From the NCBI GenBank assembly GCA_046350795.1, contig JAXLZT010000001.1, positions 146,468 through 179,779 on the forward strand: DNA of 33,312 bases, in the 5' to 3' direction. The stretch's first letter is position 1. The number at the start of each line of letters is the position of its first letter. Below, piece by piece: positions 32,353 to 33,312 of this stretch. The notes under the pieces were generated by a model. It made no database searches, had not been told where the DNA came from, and saw nothing but the letters and a program-made list of their open reading frames with translations. Made by a program: the position numbers and the translations under genes. The stretch comes from Minisyncoccota bacterium. GTDB taxonomy: Bacteria > Patescibacteriota > Minisyncoccia > Phycocordibacterales > CALRHW01.

Positions 32353-33312
32353 CATGAAAGTAGAATGCCTTATAGAAAAATTAAGTAAGAATATACTACA
32401 AGCTGAAAAGATAGCTGGTAAAAATCATTCTTTATCCGTTATAAACTGTATTCTTTTAGAAGCTGTAAAAAACACTCTTATTATAAGATCTACAAACTTA
32501 GATTTGGGTATAGAGATAAGTATGCCGGTAAAGGTGATAGAAGAGGGTAGTGTGGCTATACCATCCGGAATACTCGGAGTATTTCTTTCTAGTATTGGAG
32601 GAGATAAAAGTGTTGTTTTAAGCAAAGAAGAAAATGATCTTTTAGTATCTACACAAAAAAACTCAACCCATATAAAAACTCATCCAGTAGATGATTTCCC
32701 TAATATACCAACTGTTGATGGTATAAAGTCTTTCCAAATAAATCCAAAGGATTTTGTAAATGGTTTGAAGTCGGTATGGTACAGTTCTTCTGTTTCTAGT
32801 ATTAAGTCTGAATTATCTAGTGTTTATGTTTACAATGATGAAGAAGATAATTTAGTTTTTGTTGCCACAGATTCTTTTAGATTGGCTGAAAAGAGGGTTA
32901 TGGTAAAAAATATGAAAGATTTCGGTAGTTTGCTTATACCTTTTAAAAATATTCCAGAAATAATTCGTGTTTTGGAAAACGGAAATGAGGTTGTTAAGGT
33001 AAATATTGAGAAAAACCAAATATCCTTCAGTTTTGATGGGGTATATCTAACATCTAGGGTTATAGATGGTGTGTTTCCTGATTATAAACAAATAATCCCA
33101 AAATCAACCACCACAGAGGTGGTGATGTTAAAGCAGGATTTTATAAATTCTTTAAAAATTGCTAATATTTTTTCAAACAAACTAAATCAAATAAATATAA
33201 AAGCAATACCATCAAAAAAGATTTTTGAAATACAAACAAAAAACTCTGATGTTGGTGATAATACTAATAAAATAGACGCAGTGTTTAATGGTGAAGATGT
33301 AGATATTAATTT
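32353..33312 (+). CDS. dnaN: DNA polymerase III beta sliding clamp, N-terminal 320 codons (3' end outside window; absent from ORF track)
   Basis: Hand translation from the ATG at 32353 is open to the window end: MKVECLIEKLSKNILQAEKIAGK...ATDSFRLAEKR...SRVIDGVFPDYKQIIP. Confidence 0.9.

Noticed and set aside
1-33312. CRISPR arrays, rRNA genes, transposases or IS elements, and alternative genetic code (UGA recoding)
   Set aside because: No regularly spaced repeats, no rRNA-like sequence and no transposase-like ORF were seen. TGA clearly functions as a stop (for example 27263-27265, and the mini-overlap ATGA). All conserved genes translate without in-frame TGA.

Overview
AT-rich bacterial chromosome segment. 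Gene content suggests a small-genome Patescibacteria/CPR (Parcubacteria-like) organism; this lineage call is an inference from many short membrane-anchored or secreted orphan proteins, the CPR-type T4SS pilin and weak Shine-Dalgarno usage. Order of content: (1) rny (partial), hup, adk, a four-tRNA cluster interleaved with RNHCP and yraN genes, then cca and xth. (2) A compositionally odd interval (about 4670-8150) holding four GC-rich, promoter-plus-terminator-bounded units: three with no credible ORF, here called RNA A, C and D, and one encoding a glycine-zipper membrane protein. A XerC/D-type tyrosine recombinase lies in the same interval. (3) rpsO, a NYN-domain gene, a DksA/TraR-like gene, a 98-nt GC-cored long hairpin, comM/yifB, a LysM-M23 peptidase, pcrA and rsmA. 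(4) An ~11.5-13 kb Gram-positive-type type IV secretion-like locus (VirB6/TrbL-like, PrgI/VirB3-like, VirB4, CPR-type VirB2-like pilin and many orphan secreted proteins). No relaxase, coupling protein or VirB11 is visible in the window. (5) The replication-origin neighbourhood: yidC-rnpA-rpmH on the minus strand, then dnaA, a DnaA-box cluster with an AT-rich stretch, and dnaN (partial). Most interesting: the relaxase-less T4SS-like machine with an extended Cys-rich pilin; the tandem non-coding units driven by an identical 31-nt promoter cassette beside the recombinase; and a recurrent leaderless promoter-to-ATG architecture. I could not assign RNA A, C or D to RNase P, tmRNA or SRP RNA from diagnostic motifs, and 6S RNA could not be tested by motif, so they remain unclassified. 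No CRISPR array, rRNA or recognisable transposase was found.
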